Source: an uncultured Actinomycetes bacterium (GTDB taxonomy: Bacteria > Actinomycetota > Coriobacteriia > Anaerosomatales > PHET01). Taken from it: a stretch of 64,000 bases of DNA. Position 1 is the first letter of the stretch; the number at the start of each line of letters is the position of its first letter. The position numbers and the translations under genes were made by a program. Of the stretch, positions 59,907-64,000 are shown piece by piece. The notes under the pieces were generated by a model. It was not told the DNA's origin, did not search any database, and was given only the letters and a program-made list of their open reading frames with translations. The stretch covers positions 103,389 through 167,388 of the forward strand of contig CAVSCA010000007.1 of the NCBI GenBank assembly GCA_963726325.1. The letters run 5' to 3'.

Positions 59907-60274
59907 CGCCGCAGCCTCTCCGCAGCCTCGGCGGGGGTGATCTCGCCGCGCTCGAGCATGTCGAGCACCTCCTCCGAGGGGCCGGCTACCGGCTCGGTAT
60001 CGATCTGCACGAGCTGGAGTTGGGCGGCGATACGGTTGAGCCGGTTCTTGATGGTGGGGTAGCTCACGCCGAACGCCTTCTCCATGTGCTTGATCGAGCC
60101 GTGGCACCGGACGAACTCGCCCACGAACACCTGGTCCTCGTAGCGAAGCCCGGCCATCACCGGCGGTTCGAACTCGCCCTCGATGCCGATGCCGCTGTCC
60201 TTGAGGCGCACGTTCGTGACGACGAACTCCTTGTCGCCGGTCAGGTCGGTCAGTTCGTGCCATTCACGGGTCAT
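59903..60274 (-). CDS. DUF2089-family putative DNA-binding protein
   Basis: MTREWHELTDLTGDKEFVVTNVRLKDSGIGIEGEF...GSIKHMEKAFGVSYPTIKNRLNRI... and a C-terminal LDMLERGEITPAEAAERL. Confidence 0.7.
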   Translation of the reverse strand: MTREWHELTDLTGDKEFVVTNVRLKDSGIGIEGEFEPPVMAGLRYEDQVFVGEFVRCHGSIKHMEKAFGVSYPTIKNRLNRIAAQLQLVQIDTEPVAGPSEEVLDMLERGEITPAEAAERLRR

Positions 60275-60303
60275 AGCATCACGCCCTCTCACGATTCCTG
60301 ACC

Positions 60304-60332
60304 ATAGTGTACCCAGAGATTGAGAAAGTCAA
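60304..60332 (-). promoter_or_regulatory. Candidate promoter of the DUF2089 operon
   Basis: On the minus strand: TTGACT (complement of 60327-60332), then either a 17-nt spacer to CACTAT or a 15-nt spacer to TACACT, about 30 nt upstream of ATG 60274 in an AT-rich patch. Confidence 0.4.
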
Positions 60333-60410
60333 GCACATGACTTAAGAAAATCAATACGCCGAGAGAACTAGAGCGGGTAGTCGGCAAGATCGGGCTGGTC
60401 GGCGTCGAGC

Positions 60411-60449
60411 GGCTCCAAAAGCCGACGGGCCGCCCCGAGGGACGGCCCG
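60411..60449 (-). terminator. Candidate intrinsic terminator downstream of the NlpC/P60-CBM gene
   Basis: The GC-rich hairpin CGGGCCGCCC...GGGACGGCCCG (60426-60449) is followed on the minus strand by TCGGCTTTTGG. Confidence 0.5.
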
Positions 60450-60546
60450 CGCCTGGCTGGTAGCCATCTGCATCGTACCGCGTCACTCGCGGTAGACGCA
60501 GAGGGTCGGGTGCGAACTAGCGTGCCAATGGCGCCTGCGGCACGGG

Positions 60547-61882
60547 CTAGCGCAGCTTCACGCTGACCGAGCTGGACGTCGCGCCCAGGTACTCGGGAAT
60601 GGCCGGCACGTAGGCGCGGAAGCGGTAGGTGCCTCTGGGCATGCTGCGCTTGAAGGTGTACGAGCGACGCCATGCGCCCGCGCTGCCCGACGGGCCGACC
60701 GTGACCGTGGCAAGCTTGCTCCATGCCGAGCCGGGCTTCTGCACGTAGACCACGGCAGGGCCGCCCACAGCGCTCGCGGGCGCGACGACTCCGCTCAGCG
60801 AAATGGTCGTGCCACGGTAGGCCGTGGTGCGGTTCGTCTTCGTGGTGACGTAGACCTGAGGCCGGGCGAGCGACATGTCGTCGAGGATCACCGACGTGCC
60901 TGCGACCGGGCCGGCGCTCGTCTCCACCGAGCCGCCGGCAAGCCGGACGGTGACGCGCGCGGCGACGGCGGTGGGCGGCGCGGTCATGACGACCGACATC
61001 AGCTTGAATGCGGTGGGATTGACGCCGGATGCGTTCCCGGTCGTGCGTGACACGGCGACCTCGTCGCCGTAGCTGTCGAGGTAGGCCAGGGCGAGTTCGA
61101 CTCCCCGCGGGTCGTACGCGCTCATCGCCCAGGCGTTCAGGCGGTACTTCGCGCCGGGCACGATCGCGGCCGTCTGCGACAGCTCGGCGACCGACGAGGG
61201 ATCCGCGCTCGGGTTTCTGAGCTGCAAGGAGTTGCGAGCAGAACGGTAGACCGCCTTGCGGTGCAGCGTGAGCGACGGGCCCCACTTCGTCGGCGTTCGT
61301 CTCCCACCACATGGGTTGCTCGGGAGCGCCGCTCCACGAACGGGCCCAGGTGTTGAACGACGGGTTCTTGAGGATGTTGCTGCTCGTGGAGCCGTTCGTG
61401 ATGCGGTCGTATCGGACCGGGACGTAGCCGTAGCCCAGGTCCTCGGCGATGGAATGGATCCGGACCCCCGCGATCTTGCCGTACGCCGACTCGTAAGCGA
61501 TGTAGGTGGTGTGCGCGTCGTCGAGCCAGCCGTAGAACAGCCTGATGTGGTAGCCCTTCTTGAGCAGCGCGTCGCCCGGTCGTAGGTCGGCGAGGGAGAT
61601 GCGGTGCGTGACCTGATAGAACGTGCGCGTGTTGTAGGAGGAGCCGGTCGCCCAGCACATAGAGACGTAGCCGGAACAGTCGGTGCGGTAGCCGGCGTAG
61701 TACTTGGACTGGCTGTAGCCCACGGGACGGTCGATACGCCGCTGCGCGCGGTCGAGTACCGTGGCCCGCGTGATGGCGAACGCCTGGGTGGCGCCGAGGA
61801 GCACGAAGGCGACGGCGAGCGGAATCAGGAACGCGACAGGCGTTCGGCGGCGGGGCAAGCTCGCGTCGTGTGCGGCACTCAT
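60547..61882 (-). CDS. Secreted NlpC/P60-like hydrolase with a carbohydrate-binding-like middle domain and a C-terminal Ig-like domain, one frame break near 61240
   Basis: The signal/TM is VAFLIPLAVAFVLLGATQAFA, and YRTDCSGYVSMCW...GYHIRLFYGW is the Cys-His core. ORF 60547-61227 supplies the jelly-roll-like and Ig-like parts. GGAGG lies upstream of ATG 61882. Confidence 0.7.
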
Positions 61883-61996
61883 CTGGGTTATAACCTCCGC
61901 AAGGGGTATCGGCCCCACGCCGAGGGTACATGAGCCGCTCGTCCAGCTGAGCGCCTCGTGGTGGTGACATCGGTCACACGCTTGGAGGGGCCGGCG

Positions 61997-62851
61997 CTAC
62001 GCCGTGAGCCATTCCGCGCGGGCCACGAAGGCCCTGAGGTCCGCAAGGGGCGGGTAGATGGCGCGCAACGCCGCGATGTCGGCCTCGTAGCCGTGATCGT
62101 CGAACCAAGCGGCCATCTTGCGTGCCTCGTCGCCGCCACCCGGTCGGTCCTCGTGCTCGGGCGCGTAGGTCACCGGCCGGCCCAGCCGCTCGGCGAAGAT
62201 CGCCGCCGCTTCGACCATCGTGACCTCGTCGCCGGCCAGCTCGACGGTGCGCCCGATCCACTCATCGGGCGAGCCGAAGACGTGCGCCGCGAGGCCGCCG
62301 ATGTCGTCTACCGCGATGATCTGCAGGCGGGTCGTCGGTTTCACGCCCTGGACAAGATGGCCCGCACGGATGCCATCGGCCTGCCAGCGGAAGTTGTCCA
62401 TGAAGAAGACCGGTCGAAGGATCGTCGCGGGGATGCCGAGCGCTTCGATGCGCAACTCGATCTCACGCTTGCTCGCGAAGTGAGCGAGTTCGGGTGCGCG
62501 ATCTGCCCCGCCGACGCTCGTATAGACGAGGTGTTTCACGCCGGCGCCTGCTGCCGCCTCGGCGACGTTGAAGCCGGCCCGCTTCTCGGCCTCTACACCG
62601 CCAGGGCCGCGCCACGTCTGTACCGAGAACACGCCGTGAGCTCCCTCGAACGCGTCGTGTAGCGAGCCCGGATCGAGCATGTCGCCGATGACGATCTCGG
62701 CGCCTGCCGCAGCGAGATCTCGAGCTGCCGGCTTGTCGGGGTCGCGCACGAGGATGCGGATGGGCCACCCGGCCGCGAGCAGGTGGCGTGCTGCTGCGCC
62801 TCCCTGTTGGCCGGTGGCACCGGTCACGACTATCGGCTGGCTGCTGTTCAT
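61997..62851 (-). CDS. NmrA-family NAD(P)-binding protein
   Basis: MNSSQPIVVTGATGQQGGAAARHLL..., intact 284 aa. Confidence 0.8.
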   Translation of the reverse strand: MNSSQPIVVTGATGQQGGAAARHLLAAGWPIRILVRDPDKPAARDLAAAGAEIVIGDMLDPGSLHDAFEGAHGVFSVQTWRGPGGVEAEKRAGFNVAEAAAGAGVKHLVYTSVGGADRAPELAHFASKREIELRIEALGIPATILRPVFFMDNFRWQADGIRAGHLVQGVKPTTRLQIIAVDDIGGLAAHVFGSPDEWIGRTVELAGDEVTMVEAAAIFAERLGRPVTYAPEHEDRPGGGDEARKMAAWFDDHGYEADIAALRAIYPPLADLRAFVARAEWLTA

Positions 62852-63024
62852 CGAGGGCCCCCGGTCGGAGTTGGTGCGTTCAGTAGGAGCATTCCCGAAC
62901 TGGCGCGCGGCCTGTGACTTGCGCGCGAGAAGCTGCGAAGGGGGAAGACTCACTATGTGGGCGTCATGCTCGGGGCAAGCAACCCAGCCGAAGTCTGGCG
63001 GCGCCCTCGAACTGAGGAGGAATC

Positions 63025-63444
63025 ATGGCCGAGACAACGCAGCATCCGCTTGGGGTGACGGATCGGCGACGGCGCGGGGACAAGGAAGCGACCAGCTGGA
63101 TCATCGGCGCGTTTCTGATCGCGCTGGGTGTCGTGTTCCTCCTCGAGAACGCGGGCTATCTGACCCTGACCGGGAACTGGTGGGCGCTGTTCATCTACCT
63201 TGCGTCTGTCGCCAGCTTCGTGAACGCATGGCGCTCATACCGATTGCACGGGGGATTCGGCTCTGCCGCGAGCGGATCGCTCATCTGGGGCCTGGTTCTT
63301 GCGGTGATCGCCAGCATCTTCCTGTTCGATCTGCAGTGGGACCAGTGGTGGCCGGCCATCTTGATCGCCGTTGGCATAGGCATCGTGGCCGGATACGTCT
63401 TGCGGCTGCGCGGCGGGGATCCCGAGGACCGCAGCGAGGAGTAG
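63025..63444 (+). CDS. Small membrane protein (LiaI/LiaF-like TM region, tentative)
   Basis: 139 aa with four TM segments (WIIGAFLIALGVVFLLENAGYL, WWALFIYLASVASFV, LIWGLVLAVIASIFLF, WWPAILIAVGIGIVAGYV). Confidence 0.5.
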   Translation: MAETTQHPLGVTDRRRRGDKEATSWIIGAFLIALGVVFLLENAGYLTLTGNWWALFIYLASVASFVNAWRSYRLHGGFGSAASGSLIWGLVLAVIASIFLFDLQWDQWWPAILIAVGIGIVAGYVLRLRGGDPEDRSEE

Positions 63445-63520
63445 GGCCGAGCGCGCAACCGGGCGCGGCAAGCACGTGTCCGGGAGTTGACGCACCGCCG
63501 CCTTGAGCGGCGGGCGTCGG

Positions 63521-63952
63521 TCACAACTTGGCGACGACGGCGGCGAGCAGCACCAGCAGCACGACGATGATCACCGCGACGTTGAAGCTCATGTCGCGGG
63601 CGTAGCGTTGTATCTGCCCGCGGGTCCGCACCACGGTCGCAGCATCCAAGCGCCGCGAGAACACGTCCTCATGCTCTTGGGTCGCCGCCTCGACCAACAC
63701 GTGCGTCACGTACATCAGCGAGCCGGTGACGGTCTCGAGCGTCCCGGCGCCAGTCGCGCGCATATCGGGTACGGCGTCGCTCGCCCATCCCGTCAGCAGC
63801 TCGATGGTACTTGCGCCTCCCGACCTGCGCTCGGCGTAGGTGAGCGGGCGTGCCGCGGCTGCTGCATCGAGCAGCATGCGAGGGAAGTCCTCTTCGCGCA
63901 CGATGCCACCCGCGGCGACAGCCAGGTCGTCGCTCACGTCGTTGCCCCCCAT
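63521..63952 (-). CDS. Tail-anchored hypothetical protein
   Basis: 143-aa ORF with a soluble N-terminal part and the C-terminal TM FNVAVIIVVLLVLLAAVVAKL. Confidence 0.4.
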   Translation of the reverse strand: MGGNDVSDDLAVAAGGIVREEDFPRMLLDAAAAARPLTYAERRSGGASTIELLTGWASDAVPDMRATGAGTLETVTGSLMYVTHVLVEAATQEHEDVFSRRLDAATVVRTRGQIQRYARDMSFNVAVIIVVLLVLLAAVVAKL

Positions 63953-64000
63953 ATGGCGCTCGCACAGGCCGATCGCGACCGCTGCGATCGTCGCGTCCGA

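Overview
This is a 64-kb high-GC bacterial chromosomal segment; typical coding lines count about 70% G+C (43/60 at 10021-10080). I count about 75 protein-coding loci, one tRNA-Met and a degenerate tRNA-like copy. I see no rRNA, CRISPR array, integrase, transposase or phage structural gene. Content: housekeeping and metabolism (tldD-pmbA, citrate synthase, UbiB/ABC1 kinase, ychF, ftcD, ROK kinase, class IV and V aminotransferases). Envelope proteins: two NlpC/P60 hydrolases, an M28 peptidase and a >1300-codon InlB-B/Listeria-Bacteroides-repeat surface protein. Signalling: 7TM-GAF-HD-GYP, GAF-PP2C, PadR, XRE. There is also one RelE/Phd pair and an Fe-S / C_GCAxxG_C_C redox cluster. This mix suggests an anaerobic Actinomycetota-like organism, by inference only. 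Three things dominate. (1) About half the genes carry single frame breaks, most behaving like 1-nt insertions, so consensus indel error is likely and every pseudogene call is provisional. (2) A 6.35-kb direct tandem duplication (21410-27760 / 27762-34118) carries an ACT-domain gene, a 51-aa membrane peptide coupled to a triple-HTH protein, two membrane proteins and a CUT2 sugar ABC transporter; one copy is far more degraded than the other. (3) Several compact modules have unknown function. My best candidates for an undescribed system are the mini-TM/triple-HTH/ACT/membrane-protein module inside the duplication, and the XRE / cytoplasmic vWA / 58-aa protein / HD-domain operon at 47.7-50.2 kb with its symmetric back-to-back promoter. 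Neither matches a named system I know, and I cannot demonstrate function from sequence alone.
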